The notes: generated by a model not told the origin, from the sequence alone. Positions 13,716 to 35,612 are shown, numbered from the stretch's first letter. The stretch is DNA of 64,000 nucleotides from the human T2T-CHM13v2.0 reference genome, Homo sapiens (GCF_009914755.1 NC_060928.1), one strand, 5' to 3'. Made by a program: numbers and translations.

Positions 13716-14096
13716 AATGATTTTTTTTTTTTTTTAACAGAGGAAAACCTTAAGGTGGAAAATAAAAACAAAATTATCTTTCCTATATAACACAATAATG
13801 AATTAGAATTCAGTGTTACTCAAATTATTATACGGTTAGATTTCTTGACATTTTGTGGTGTGCAATGTTCAAAAGCAAATCTTTTTTTTTTTTAATTGCC
13901 TCTGTCTGCAGTCTACACACCCACCCACCCCCCGCCCCCACCTCAGGCTAAAGCAAATAAAGAATCTGATAACTGCATTTTTTAAAAATTGCTAAATTAA
14001 AAAAATGAATCCCACCCCTCCAGGGGTATAAGGGTAATGAATGAGGAAGTACTAGCCACTGAACATAAAGCTATCAAAGATATAATTTAAATAGTA

Positions 14097-14396
<300 letters not shown>

Positions 14397-15229
14397 TGAG
14401 TAAATAAATAATAAAAAATATTGTATGAAATATTGTATGTTAAAACTAAAACACACACACAGAGGTTAGGAAAGTTTCATCATAATATTAAAATGATACA
14501 TACCAATAATTTTTAAATTATCTTGGAAAATATCAACTTTTCAACCATTAAATGCCTTGCTGTAAGAAAGAAAACAAATCACATTATATTGTAATTTATG
14601 TAGTCAAATTATCAAGTCACTGCTTGCTCCCCAAAAATTCAGATAGAAAATTATAATAAAAGAAACATTAAACAGAGAAAAGGAGGGAGAGAAACTTCTC
14701 AAAAAGGCAAACTAAGCCTCATTCAAAGAAAATAACTTTTTCTTTTCAATATCTTGGACACTAATTTTTAACTGCATTAGATTTTAATCAATCCAAACAT
14801 ATTAAATATTTTCTCAGGTTCAAAATGCTGTTTTCAAATCTGAAATCCTCTACCTAGAAGAAAAAAGATTACTTATATACATGTTAAAGCAAAAATACAG
14901 ACTTAAAGGATGACTTAACTATGCATAAGAAGGTCTTTCTGTGTATTTTCAGTTGAACTACTAAACCTGTTTCAATGTAGATGTACTTTTTTTTAAAGCT
15001 ATTATCTGCTAAGAGGAATTCTGAGAGAAAATTATTGACTGGAGATTTTGAAATTATCCAGAAAATATTTATGTGTGTATATCTCTAAAATTATCTCAGC
15101 ATTAAGGTAATTTGTGCTAGTGTTATATTTCTTTATCTGGGTGCTGGTAACACAGGTAATCTACATTTAAAGCTACACATTATATTCATTTTTCTCTATG
15201 TATATTAGAATTTAATAATTTTTAATAAC

Positions 15230-17060
15230 TAGAGACATAGAAAGGTAGCAAAGACAACAGCAGCATATTTTTTCCATCTCCCCAGAAAAACAGACAGAGC
15301 AATGGATAGCAAAACACATCCACAAACCCCATTTATAGCCAAACTAGGTGAAAAGTGTTAAAAGAAAAACCTTCAACAAATTAAATTTAACAGAGCAAAG
15401 AACAGGCAGCCTCAAACCAGAATAAATTCAGAAAGACTCTTGCACATGGTCAAAGTAGATTTATGGACAGAAGAAGAAAAGTGAGGTACAGAAACAGCTG
15501 GAGTGGTTACAACTTGGTGTTTGCCTTGTTTGAACATGGCTTGAACATTTGGCCATCTCGATGATTGTTGAGATGGGTAGGTTACAGTCTGTGTACACAC
15601 CCAGTTAGGTTACAGTTCACTATGTACGGAGAGACCTTTAGGCTGAACTTAAACTATGTAAGGAGGTAGCTGTAGGCTAAACTTAATTTAAAAAAAGGTA
15701 TCCCCTTCAACCCCAAACCTCAAGCAATTGGTGTCAAACCTGTCTGTGGGAAAGAAGGAGAAAGCCACAAGGGAAGCTTCTGACAGAACATCCACAGACC
15801 CCAATATAGCCGACATGAATTTGTTGAAAACCACAGATAGCCTGTCTGAGAAAAGCACCTGAAACTTGAGGGCTTGGATGAGCAGCCAGTAGCGGGTACC
15901 AGTAGTAAGAAGGCCAGAGGAGACAGAGCATATCAGTGCCAGGTGACTCTCAGAACTGAACAGAGAAGGCTTCCTTCTGGTATAAGCCCCTGCTCTGGGG
16001 AGCAATGGCTGCAAGGGAAATAAAGATTCAACAAGATAGGGGAAACAGATGAACAAGAGGGAAGGTCCAGACTACACTAGGGAAGGGAAGATAGCCAGGA
16101 TTTCACAGAAAGCAATCTACCACACTGTTGAATTCTGGATGTAAAATATCCAAAGCAGGAGCTCTGAGAAGATGGAAAAGTTTAGTTGAACTCTGTTCCA
16201 TTGAAAAGCTCAGGAAATCTTATTTCACCTAAAATTGAAAAAGAGAACAGCATAAATATCAAATCGCATGCATGCCAAGTTATTATAATAATAAAGAGAA
16301 TAAAGAAGAATACTATCTGTACAGACAAGGAGAGCTTGCCAGAAAGACTGGTGCACAAAAGAGATCAAAACTATAACCTACTATTTCAAAATGAACTAAA
16401 AGACATTAATAAAATAATACAAGACATGAAAGAGCAACATAAATCAGAAATAGAAAACTCAGAATTGAGATCTCAGAACTCAAGAAATAATTGAAGATAC
16501 TAGAAAAATATTTAGGAAATTAGTACTAATGATTTAAGAAATTAGTACTGACGACGAAAGAATACAATAAAATAATGCATTAACACAAATAGTTAAAAAA
16601 GAGCATTAAAACAAAAGAACGCAACAATAAAATAATGCATTAAGACAAATAGAAAGTAAAAAGAAATTTAAAACAAACAGATAAATTTCTAAAAGGAGAC
16701 AAAAGGATTTAGAAAAAAAATAGTCAAGATATTGAAAATAGATAAGGAAATTTAAACCTATAGATCATAAGAGCCCCTGAAAAAGAAAACCAAAGCAAGG
16801 ACATAAAATATACATTCTAAAACATAACTTTAAACTTTTTTTTAAGGAAAAAGAAACAAAAAGCTACATATTGAGAAATAACACTGTGTGCCTTGAAATG
16901 TTGACTTTCATCAATACCAGAGCATATTCTAAAAAAAATTATGAAAGTTAGAAAAAAGAAAGAATCAATATATTTTGGGGACACATAGAAGAAAAGAGCA
17001 TCTGACTCATAAAGGAAAGAAAAGATTATAGTCAGACTTTTTGACAACAACACTGAGGTT
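15230..17060 (+). mobile_element. Old L1M/HAL1-type 5' region and ORF1 remnant, interrupted by MER57
   Basis: Coiled-coil-like remnant ORF 16186-16494 (LFQNELKDINKIIQDMKEQHKSEIEN) and ORF1-like aaggaaagaaaagatta..tcagacttt..acaacaacact. Confidence 0.55.
15356..15693 (-). mobile_element. MER57-like ERV1 solo LTR
   Basis: Minus strand AAATTAAGTTTAGCCTACAGCTACCTCCTTACATAG..GTTCAGCCTAAAGGTCTCTCCGTACATAGTGAACTGTAACCTAACTGG; AAAG on both flanks. Confidence 0.85.
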
Positions 17061-19201
17061 CATTAGACCTATCAGTGGAAGTTATGCATGTCCATAAATT
17101 AAATGAAAAATATTATTTATAATTTTGGTTCAAAGTTATTATCACACAGTTGTAAAATTTGATATCATTATGAAAAGTTGATAATTCTATTAGAAGATTA
17201 TGTGTGTGACTGTTATTTGATGAAATGAGAAATAAATTTACTCCTTTCTATTTTTATCAGACTTCTCAGAAGCTAAAGAATTTCAATTAGGCATTATTAT
17301 TATTCCTGAAATGTGTCTTCTTGGTATATAAATTTGTTAAAGGAAAAATAAATGAATGATCATAGCATTACAAATTGGAGCAAACTTTATTAATCACTGC
17401 TGCTGTATTCCTTTGCCTTCTAATCCAGCACTCCCTAAAACCACTTCAATCTCCCTAAGATAGTGCATACTTTGATGTTTTATAAAATACATAAAAAAAC
17501 CAGAAAGCTCAAATGTATTAAATAATACAGTGTATATTGTATTCAACAGAACTACAAATAATAAATCTTTCTCTTAGATACCTCAAAGCACTTCTTAAAT
17601 AATTAATTTTTAAGTGTTCTTGGATTAACATATGCTGTCAGTCTGGTTTTGATGAAAGAAAAAGAGAAGTTTACAGAACTATCATAAGCCTCTCACAAAC
17701 ACCAAGTTACAGGCTGAAGATATGACACAAAACTCACATCTCTCCATACTAAACACAAATAGATACGATTTTTCTTATTAGTCAACTACAAATTCATGTC
17801 AAACTCATATGCAAACAAGTTAATTAAGTTTAAAGGAAATCATTAAAATAGAAAAATTAGAAAATTAATTTCTGAATATTATAAAATTTAGAATGGTATT
17901 ATCAGTTGCTTTGTTTAATGCAATTTAATGTTTGAGTATATGAACTGGAGATAATCCTAACGGTACATGTCATATTGGAGGAGTAGAGGAAATAGTCATC
18001 GGTGAGAAATAGTTGGATCCCTAGCAAATGTTCTCTCTGGCACTTAACAAAGTGTTTAGTTTACATGAGAGAATAATAATGCCCCTAATGCTATTGTGTG
18101 ATATATTCCCCACCATCACTAGAGTGGCAAAAATATACTATTAATAGACCTAGATATGATCAGGAACATAGATGACAGCAGAATATTTTGTGATTATCTA
18201 AAAATTCTTCCATATCTGAACAATACTGGAAAAAGACCGAGTTTATATATCAAACTTCATCTGGTAATCTAGTGGTTTTATAAGAAAATATAAATAGAAA
18301 CAATGCAATTACACTTACCATAGCATTGTCGAACCAGAGAATACACTCATCAATAATAGAACATATGATTATCTTATATCTGTAACATTTTCACAATTAC
18401 AAATAATTTCAAATATATTATTTAATCAACCCAGAAGGCTAAGATTGTATAATTCTGAAGAACAAAAGGGTTTAGATTCAATAACTGGAAATTAGTTCTT
18501 ATAATGAAATACAATAATTCACCTGGATGCAATACTCCAAACATGTAATTTATTATATGTATATAACAACTAGCTTACAGTTCACTCAAAAAACTTTTCA
18601 TTAAAGAGGAAGAATAGAATAGAGGAAAAATAAACTTAAAGATAGATTGGACAACATAACATAGTTGTGTGATAATGCACAGTCTAGAAATGGATATGAT
18701 ATTTGGCAACTTCTCCAGGAAAATGTCAAGTCCATTTTAACTATCAAAAACAGCCCCTCAGATGCATATCCACATGTGATACCTGTAAGGATACATTTAC
18801 AAAACTAATTTGTCATTCATTGCCACACATTTTTATCTCAACACGTAAATAATCATATATGATACTTAGATCAACACTAAAAACAAACCCACTTAAACAA
18901 TTCACATATAGATGAACTCTCTTACATACAACTAGTTTTCTAATACAGTTCACTTTTTCTCCATTGACAGAATAATTAAATAACAATTTTCTTGTCTACA
19001 TTTTATTCATAACACATACATATGAATGAATATACAAGTTCTAGCCTAAATAGAATCTACACATGAATCAAATAAGTTCCAATATGCTGGAAAATACTGA
19101 TTTTTGATTGCATGCCTTAAATATGAACCTGTCATTGTTCCCCAAGAAGAGTTCCCATGTACAGAATCTATCTACACTGAAATAGGAACTCTAAATACCT
19201 T

Positions 19202-19710
19202 TATGGGGAAAGGCAGTTAAGTGTGCAGTCTCCCTGCCCTAGTTAGGCAGCACAGAAATGGGCCTGGGGCTTGGAGTAATTCCTTGCCAAGAGATAAAGA
19301 GATCCCTCCCCGCCTGTGCTAGGCTTAGCACCTTGGGCTGGCGTATCTTTCTCTGTTCTGAACTCAGTGTTTGCCCTTTTGGCATGCTAAATGCATGTGT
19401 CATATTGCACCTGGCCAACCCCACTATTATATCCATTAGCAGCAGGGAGGATATGGGGTCTTTGACCTGCAGTGCAAGAGGGGTATATGCAGACCATCTT
19501 CTGTGGCTATGAAAGGAGACTCACCGGCCAGAGAGGACCTAATGATGTCTGAGTTCATGTCTTCTTGGCAATCTAGGGTTGCCACCTGAAAACCAGAGTT
19601 GACATCTTGAGGCTACTGCTACTTGTAATATATATCGTTGTGCTATTTCCCATCCTCCATGTGGTGAGGATCCTCCACTGAATATGGCAAGAGATGCCAC
19701 TGGCTCTACA
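19202..19710 (+). mobile_element. 5' LTR of class III ERV (MER70-like)
   Basis: Homologous to 25668-25916 + 37946-38266 (caagagataaagag, gcacctggccaacc, tcctcca..gtgag); ends in CA and is followed by a PBS. Confidence 0.75.
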
Positions 19711-19713
19711 ATT

Positions 19714-19730
19714 TGATGTAGCAAGCAAGG
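19714..19730 (+). promoter_or_regulatory. Primer-binding site, tRNA-Ser-like
   Basis: tgatgtagcaagcaagg vs TGGCGCAGCGAGCAGG (complement of a tRNA-Ser 3' end), 3 nt after the LTR; differences mostly transitions. Confidence 0.55.
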
Positions 19731-19739
19731 TCACCAACA

Positions 19740-21600
19740 AAGTTGTCATGGCATGGTAGAGGTGCAAGGATTCGCCAGTGCAACCATTCCAGAGAGGCAC
19801 TAGTTCCCTGGGAGGTGGGCAGGGAGGACAGGCTGACTGAGGTGCTGGCTTCCCTCTGGCCACATGGAAATGTCATTCCTGTCAACATTGATGAGTTGGT
19901 GCAATGGAAAAGGACAGAGATTCTAGAAGTGGGTCCTGGAAGGGTACAAAGACTATACCTTGACTTCTGGCTGCTTTTGTACTTCTAGGCTATCTTCAAA
20001 CTCCCACAATGTCCCAAGTGTATTAGTCCATTTTCACACTGCTGATAAAGACATATCCACGACTGGGCAATTTACAAAAAATAAATTTGATATGGACTTA
20101 CAGTTCCACATGGGGAAGCCTCACAATCATGGTGGAAAGCAAGGAGGAGCAAATCACTTCTTACATGGATGGCAGTAGGCAAAGAAAAAACTGTGCAGGG
20201 AAACTCCCCCTAATAATACCATCAGGTCTCATGAGACCCACCCACCACCAGGAGAACACCATGGGAAAGACCTGGCCCTGTGATCCAGATACCTCCCACC
20301 AGGTCCCTCCCACAACACGTGGGAATTCAAGATGAGATTTGTTTGAGGACACAGCCAAACCACATCAGCAAGGATCAGAGACAATATCTTAGGGAATTGA
20401 GAGGACCCTTCAGGGAGCTCCAACCAATCCAGGTCACTTGCAGACCTCAAGTAAAGCCAGTTTTCACTCAAGGCAAAATCATTGATGGTATTGCTGCAAA
20501 TGAAACTGTTAAAATGAGGTTCTTCTCTGAGAGTGGAATACAAAATCTGAGAGCTAGATATGGCAGAAGCCATGGAAGTCCTATGTGACTTGATTGGTGC
20601 ACCTATTTAATGAGGGAGCTTGTATATCCAAATGCCTGGGGCCTAATAGCACAGTCTGGGAAAACTAACTACTGACCACCTGCTGCAGTGCATTTTGCCC
20701 ACATTGAACATGACAAGGACAGAGATAAGCCCCTGTCACTTTTGATCTGGATGGCAGTGAATAGAAGAGTGGTGGCTCCAACTGCACAGGACTTCCTTAA
20801 GAGTAATACCCCTTAAAAATATTCATGAGGTCATAGCTGTTTTAAAGGGTGAAAGCCATAAACACCTGGCTATATGAACCTGCCCCTGGAGACATAGATG
20901 ACACAGTCTATTCCTGATCGCACTGGAGGACTTTATGTGACAGAGTCCTCCCCAGTGAAAGATTCCCATCTCTCTACTCTTGTCCCCTGAAATGACTACA
21001 GGGACACCTGAGGAGAAGCTCTACAGAAATGTCCCACTTTGTGAAAAAAGCAAGAAAATGGTAGTTTCTAGGGATTTGTCCTAGATCAATGAGAACACAA
21101 CCATGAGAAGCTTTGCCCAAATGGTCAAAACGGGAGTCCAGAAGGTAAAAAGGAAAAGAAAAAGGGGGAAAATATGGCCAACTCTCAGAATATCATAGCT
21201 TTTGTTGTTAAAATAGGGAATAGACAAAATGAAAATAGACAGGATCATAACAAGAGACCCCCACCAACACTATCAAGTGGAAGGGGATCTCTCTTCATTG
21301 GAGGTTAGGATTGTAGCCTGAGTCAAAGAAAGGCTAGGAAAAGAGGTTTCCAAAGGTTGGAAAGACTTATAATCCCACATAGAAACCCTCCAAGTCTCTG
21401 GACACAGTCCAGGGATGAGGAATGTACAAGTTGCTAAGGCTTCCCTACTCCCTGACCAGGACAATAAAGAAAGACTATTCAGATTGGGAGCACAAAAAGT
21501 AAGACGAGGAGGAAAATCCCCCCTCCCATGCACTCAGATCTTACCTCTTTCCAGGAAAAGGACAAGAGATGGGGCCAACATGTCAGAGAAAACCAGCAGC
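19740..21600 (+). pseudogene. ERV gag region (decayed; interrupted by THE1)
   Basis: Positional only: between PBS and protease; short broken frames, no clear motif recognised. Confidence 0.45.
20019..20367 (-). mobile_element. THE1 (THE1A/B-like) MaLR solo LTR
   Basis: tgtattagtccattttcacactgctgataaagacata ... acacagccaaaccacatca; TSD ccaag/gcaag. Confidence 0.95.
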
Positions 21601-21639
21601 CTTATGCCTTATCAAGGTGGAAAAAATGGGGAATGAATT

Positions 21640-24600
21640 CAAACTTTAATGGGTCTCTTGGATATTGGTGCCCAGGTGATAGTAATCCCAGACCTCCAAA
21701 GGAATAGGGGTAAACTGGTAACATTGTAGGTTTGGGGGATGAACATGATGATCCATGGCAGATAAGTTTATTTGTACTTATGGGCAGAGCCCTTTGGGCC
21801 ATTTCAGGTAGCTGTGATCATGGTTCCTAACACTGAAAATGTACTATAGGTGTTGATATTTTGGCCACTAGCAGCGTGGAACATCAGTGACACCTCAGGG
21901 GGAATTCCTTCTCACAATAAAGGATTTGAATCATTACAGTGAGGCATATCCACTTCTTTCCTGCCAGCTAAGTTAACCAAGTCCCAACAGGCTATTTGAC
22001 AAAAGCAATACCTCCTAGCAAGTTGAGAAAAAATTGTTAGTGTGTTAATTCAGGACTTGCTGCAGGCAGGAGTGCCATATACCACTCTGTTGTAGTTTAA
22101 CAATCCAATATGATCCTATTAAAAAAAAAAAAGTCTTACAAGCCTGGAGGCTGACAGTGGACAACTGCAGGCTGAATGTCTTGTGATACTTAACATTTAT
22201 CACTGTAACCTGGGTGGTAGCACCACATGGGAGACTGATACGCTATTATAAATCTGGCTAATGCCTTCTTCTTGACCTCTCTATGGGAAGAAGATAGGAC
22301 CAGCTTGCATTCAAGCTGGTCTTATCTTGAATACTGCAGGAAAGTATCTGGCTGTATACTTTCATCTTACTTTGACAGAGATACCACAATTCCCCTGCAG
22401 TTTGCCATCAGTGGTAGGGCTACATCTGAAAAAGTCTGATTATCCCCGGGAGTACTTGTCATTCATTATATTGATGAAATTCTCATTGCTGGCCTAAGGA
22501 ACACATTGATCAGGCCCTACACAAAGTCATAAGATACTATGATACATAAGGATTGGGTCATCACCTCTGATAAAGTCCGGGAACCTGCTCGTCAAGTGAA
22601 GTTCCTGGGAACCTCCTGGGCCAATAATCAGAAAAATGTTTCTGACAAGGTTAAATGAAAAATGCTGCCCTTAACAGATCCCACCAATGAAAAGAGATTC
22701 AACTCAATGGCTGGCAGGCCTGTTTGACTGCTGGCAATAATATGCACCACATGAGCATATTCTTTTGATCCCTCTGTTGAAGGTTACCAATAAGGTGGCC
22801 ACCTTTAAATGGAGCCCCAACAGCAGCAGACTCTTGAGGCCATGAACCTTGCCATGGCATGGGCCCAGCCTCTGGGATCAATGAAGCTAGCCAGCCTTAT
22901 GGAACTGCTAGTCTCAGTGACTCCTACTCATATAGATTGGAGCCTATAGCAATGAGATACTGCTACCAAAATGACTTGACCTATCAAACATGTAAATTAT
23001 TTGAGGCAGCTCCTAGGTACAACTTCTTCAAATGGCAACCACTAGCCTGCTGTTGGGCCCTAATGAAAACAGAGCAACATATGTCACCTAAAGACCTGAG
23101 CAACTTATCCTCATGTGGGTATTCACAAATTTCACTAATAGTGTAAAATAGGCTCAGCAAAGCTCCATCATTAAATGAAAATAACACATCCAAAATAATG
23201 TTAGACCAAGGCCTCAGTGAGTCAGCCAACTCCATGAATATGTAGCCGCCTCACTGGAGGAGGTCAAAATACCCATAGGAGATACCCCTGTCCCTCTGTT
23301 AGCTAAATGAATCCCACAGTTTAAAAATGTTCCAGCTGATAATATGGCTTGGTTCATGGATGGATATATGAAATTCAAAGCTGATGGAGACCACTGGGCC
23401 ACTGCAGCCCCTGCCCCAAGGATGGTCATATTTTGACTGAGACCAGATGAGATGTTCTGCTGAATGGGCCAAGTCCATGTAGTACTGATGGCTGTACTGG
23501 CTACTCCAACAGCAAATTCCTGCTACATATTTATAGACTCATGGGTCATTGAAAATGGGCTAGCCATATGGTCCAATGACTGATGAATTAATAAGTGGAC
23601 CATTAAAGGCGCTCCTGTTTAGGAACGGGGACTATGATAGCAACTTTTGAACTGCAAGAGATATTTATTTACCACTCATGTGATACCCATGTCATGCCAC
23701 CCATGACAAAGGACCATTCAAAAGAAAACACAAATGGAATTTACAAGCTGATCTAGCATGCCTTCAACAAATTTTAATAATTGCCCATTGGATTCACCAC
23801 AAAGTGGGACATGGAAGCCCAACTCAGATGCAAGAATGAGCCAAATGGGAGGACTGACCCTCAAAAAAACAACCCCCCAAAATGCAGCACACTCATATGA
23901 CTCCCACCAACAAGCCCAGGCTATACAATGCAGCTAATTGAGCCATATTCACTGGACAGGGGACCCATGTAAGTGTGACAAATTGACCACATCAGACCAT
24001 TAGTTTCCAGCCATGATTTCTGGTGGTGCCTTATGGCCATGAACACATACTTCAGATGTGGGACTGCCATTTCAAGGCACCATGTAAATGCAAAAACTAT
24101 TATTGTGACAAAAAAAAAAAAACCCCACCTCAGCCATGTTTGGATATCTAACAAAACTTCAGTATGACTGAGACACTGCATTTGCTGCAGAAGCTGTGCA
24201 GCAGTGTGCACGCTCCCATGGCATTGGATGGAACCCCAGGAGAATGGAGTGTTAGCATGATGGAATGAGAGGCTCAACTACACAAAGATCTTCAGGAAAA
24301 ATAATTTAGCAGAAGACATCCCCATCTAAAAAAGGCATTTGGAAATTAAACACTGCACTCCAGCATGGGAAACATGGCATTGCAACACATGTTAAGAAAT
24401 ACTGAGCTTAGAGGGCACAAAGGGCCAGGTAGTGGGATAATTAGGCTATGCCTGTGAAATCCCAATTTTAGTACACCACCATTCTTTCATTGTTTCTTCT
24501 GAAACATACTCCTCAAGGGTGGCTTGTGATCTAGGCTGTAGTGATGCACCAATAGGGCTTTCTGATTCAAACCTGGAGGCAACACTACCTTCGGGCATCT

Positions 24601-24900
24601 CCCTCCTGTGGTGCCCCACAGGAATGAGGAAGGGGTAAAAATATATGGACATGCTGTGTTTTCTTGGTTGTACTTGGTACTCTTGATCCCTCAATTTAGG
24701 CATGTGACATTACAGGATATGTCAAATTTGATCAGGGCGTAACCTTCCTTCTTGGATTAGACAACTAAGGCCAAACTATATGGGTCAAGGGACAGAAACA
24801 ATGGGTCTTCACAGAAGCTGTAACCTCACGACTATGGCAGGTAGCTTGGGTAGCTACATTTGGGCAATCCTCACTCTAGGTTATTAGATAAGAGCATCTT
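21640..24900 (+). pseudogene. ERV pro-pol pseudogene (protease, RT, RNase H, integrase)
   Basis: Hand translation: LLDIGAQ (DIG at 21661, DTG-like), IGVDIL, WRLTVD, INLANAFF, YHNSPAVCH, HYIDEILI (YIDE 22467-22478), VKFLG, WFMDG, IFIDSWVIENGLAIW, WIHHKVGHG, QIDHIRPL; many stops and frameshifts. Confidence 0.9.
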
Positions 24901-24966
24901 CCACTTTAGGAGGTTTGTAAAGCAAAAGGTGAGTGGGAACATTAATTTTTTTTTTCATTTCTCCAG

Positions 24967-25560
24967 AAGACACTGTGGTGCCTGGCACAAAAACACCCTG
25001 AAAAGAACCAGGACAGCTGTGGTGAAAAGATGCAATGTGCAATCTTAAATAATGCTAGATTCGTCACCCCAGACTGGAGTCGCCTTATCCCACACTCCCA
25101 TTGTAATGGGCTGGCTGGTACACAACAACTCAGACCCTTTTCAAATCAGTCAAGACAAACAGGACCCACTAAACTCACCAGTCAAGGTGGTGAACAACCT
25201 AATGGTTCTAAATTGCCCGTTGTCTGTTGATGGAATGAAACAATGTTTGTGTTACTGCCAATACCTCTTACTGTGTGTATGTTAACATTTTGGGGAAGGT
25301 AAAAACTGGGCTGGAAAAGACCTAAGCCCAAGCAGGATGCTTATCAGCTGTACACCTGCAGTCCCCACTAGACTCAATTATTTACCTCTTTATAGTCATC
25401 CTAAGCCTAACACTTGGATTTCCTGGTTGAAGACCATTTTCCAGGGAGACCTGGTTATCTTCCTGGGTCTGGTTCTCCTAGTGACCCTGGTAAAATGCTG
25501 TCTCAAAATGACAGGGAAGCTCTGAGAACAAATGTACACATATGAGTTGTATGGGGTCCA
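24967..25560 (+). pseudogene. Truncated env remnant with transmembrane anchor
   Basis: ORF 25337-25525 ends WISWLKTIFQGDLVIFLGLVLLVTLVKCCLK (typical retroviral TM anchor); located between pol and PPT; too short for a full env. Confidence 0.65.
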
Positions 25561-25667
25561 CATTTATTTAGCTCTGCCTCCAAATTTGGGTTGGGCAATG
25601 GTTCTACCAGAGTTGATGTCTTTTATCTGTTATTTTGGTGGCTGAGTAATAGTCAATGGGGGTGGAC

Positions 25668-25916
25668 TATTATAAAAGTCACTCATATGCATGTAGTCTT
25701 CATACAGTGCCTTGGTCACTTAAGAATGGGTCTCAGGGCTGGAACCTTTCTATTCAAGAGACAAAGAGCCCTCAGAGCCTTCACTAGACTTATCGTTTTG
25801 TGTAGAAATAGTTTTCTCTTTTCTGGATTCAATGTGTTCTCTTTTGTCCTCTTAAAGTGAGAGCATCATATGGCACCTGGCCAACCTCAGTTCTATACTC
25901 ATTCCCAGCAAAGAGG
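25668..25916 (+). mobile_element. 3' LTR of class III ERV, first part
   Basis: Preceded by PPT-like atgggggtggac; matches the first half of the 5' LTR; cut at agcaaagagg by the next provirus. Confidence 0.75.
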
Positions 25917-27765
25917 TGTTGAAGTAAACAGAGGCGAAATAAAATTTAAAAGAGTTTGAGCAAATAATGAATCATTCATTGGCCAGCTTCAAACCAGAAG
26001 TTGTTTAGAAACCCCACCAAGGGAATGAAAGGAGCAGCTTTTACAGAAGAAACACAGAAGTAAAGCAAAGAAAGAACTTTATTGCTTATAGTCATACAAC
26101 TGACTTATTCGGTCTATGCCTTTGGAAAGACCTTAATTATATAATTTTAAGTTTGCTACTTCTGATAAGTTGAGTTGAAGTTCTGTTTTTCTTCAATATA
26201 GATATTTACAAGAAATAGCTGAAATTAAGTTTTGCTTATGTTTGGAAATCAAGCAAGTTTGAGGTCACTTATGAGACCTAACTATTTTTGTCTGCATAGA
26301 GATTCTTCAGGCCTGGTCTCCATTTTAATTTACTTTAACAATGCTCCATTTTGGTTATCTTCTCAACAAGCAAATAGTATAGTGTTATGCACAGTTATCG
26401 CTATTGATAGACTCTCTGGAATGAAGAGTCATATAGATATTTTCATCATCAACAATTGCATTGTGATGTAAAGTCATATAGTGACCAATATCTATGTCAT
26501 AGGCTTGAGTGGTTGAGTTGTTGAGCTCTTCAATTTGTCTAAACTAATGACAATCATTTGATGTGTAAGTGGTTGCTGGAAAGCATTTAAAAATATGTTT
26601 CAAAGCCCTTGAGGAAATACAACGCAACAGGGAGGTGAATACAATGACTTTAAGGAGAATAATAGCCAAATATTGAAAAATTCTCTGAAATAGGGATTGA
26701 CAGGAGCCAAAGTTTAACCAATTAAATAAATCAATGGAAGAGGCGGCACCTATCTGATGAAAGATATATTTGCTCCTTAAAAGGCTTTACATTTAGGGAA
26801 ACAATTTCTAATTTATTAACATAGAAACAACATTTTTATCAATAAGAGCACAAGCTTCTCTTTCTTAAGCTCTTAGGCATTAAAGGCTTCTATTTTGGAG
26901 TACTACTGAGGCTAAATTGTACATTACAGGTATTGCCTGGAGGAAATTCAAAGTATCATCCTATGAAAACAAACAATAAACAAATTTTTATATTTGGAGA
27001 AAGGTTTGATCTTAATTTTTGATTTCAGAGGACAGCTAGTCAAGATTTCTAGATCTGAGTTTGAAGCATCTTTAGATTGTGAAATGACAATTACAGTGGC
27101 AATCTGATGTATTTTCCTGGTTTGCAGTTTTGAATGTCTCTGGATATGTCATTTGGTGTTTTAATGAACTCTCAGAGTAAACAATATACCAGTAGGCATG
27201 AAGGATGTCCACACATAATATGTTGTACTGATTTTTATGAGGTTTAAAGTCTTCCAGTTTCAGCTTGCCAGGCTTGGGAAAAGAGCAGTTTTAGTTTTTT
27301 GTTAAACTAGAAAAATGTAGGATTCAATTCAGTTTACAGTTGGATAAGAAAACCTCAAAGAAAATGAACAGGACCAGAATCTGATCATGGGTGCATTATA
27401 GTTTTCTATTAAAACATAATCTCCTTTTTTCAGTGGTTTCTATTTTTGTCAAAAGTAATTACAAAATAAATCTACTTTTATCTAACTTGAGTATTTATAT
27501 ATGTAACAAGAATAATAATGTCATGTATATTTTAAAATAGGATATTTTAGCTGGAGATTTGTTAGTATCCAAGGGTTTTTATTGACTTAGTATCAGTCAG
27601 CCTTAATTTTTTAAAACTAGCTGGTAATGAGGAATCTTTGGTTGGACTTTTAAAAAGCTCCATGGGCTAAGAAGCTAAGGCAAGAACTAACCCAATTATG
27701 TCCTATTACAAGGAAAATAGATTCTAATTGAACTTATGGATATTCTCATATTGCCATAAAAATGA

Positions 27766-35329
<7,564 letters not shown>

Positions 35330-35612
35330 TTATTAAATGAACATCCTACTTTTTAATGCATATTTATATACAGTTTTATTTCTTGCATCCTTATTACTGA
35401 TCATTTTAATTGTATATATTAATTAAAATTTTTAATCCTTAGTAACTCCAATATCTAGTGAAAATAAGGAAGTATATGATTTCACTGTTTCAATAGCATG
35501 TGGCTCCTCATAGTTTAGGACATGCTTACCAGCAGACTCAAATATCTCTAGTTCTTCTTTAAAATAAGCCAAAAATATGTAAAGTTAATATTATCTTCAG
35601 AAATTAACATTT

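Noticed and set aside
15688-16056. 122-aa minus-strand ORF
   Set aside because: Antisense to an old L1/HAL1 5' region; no recognisable domain or splice context.
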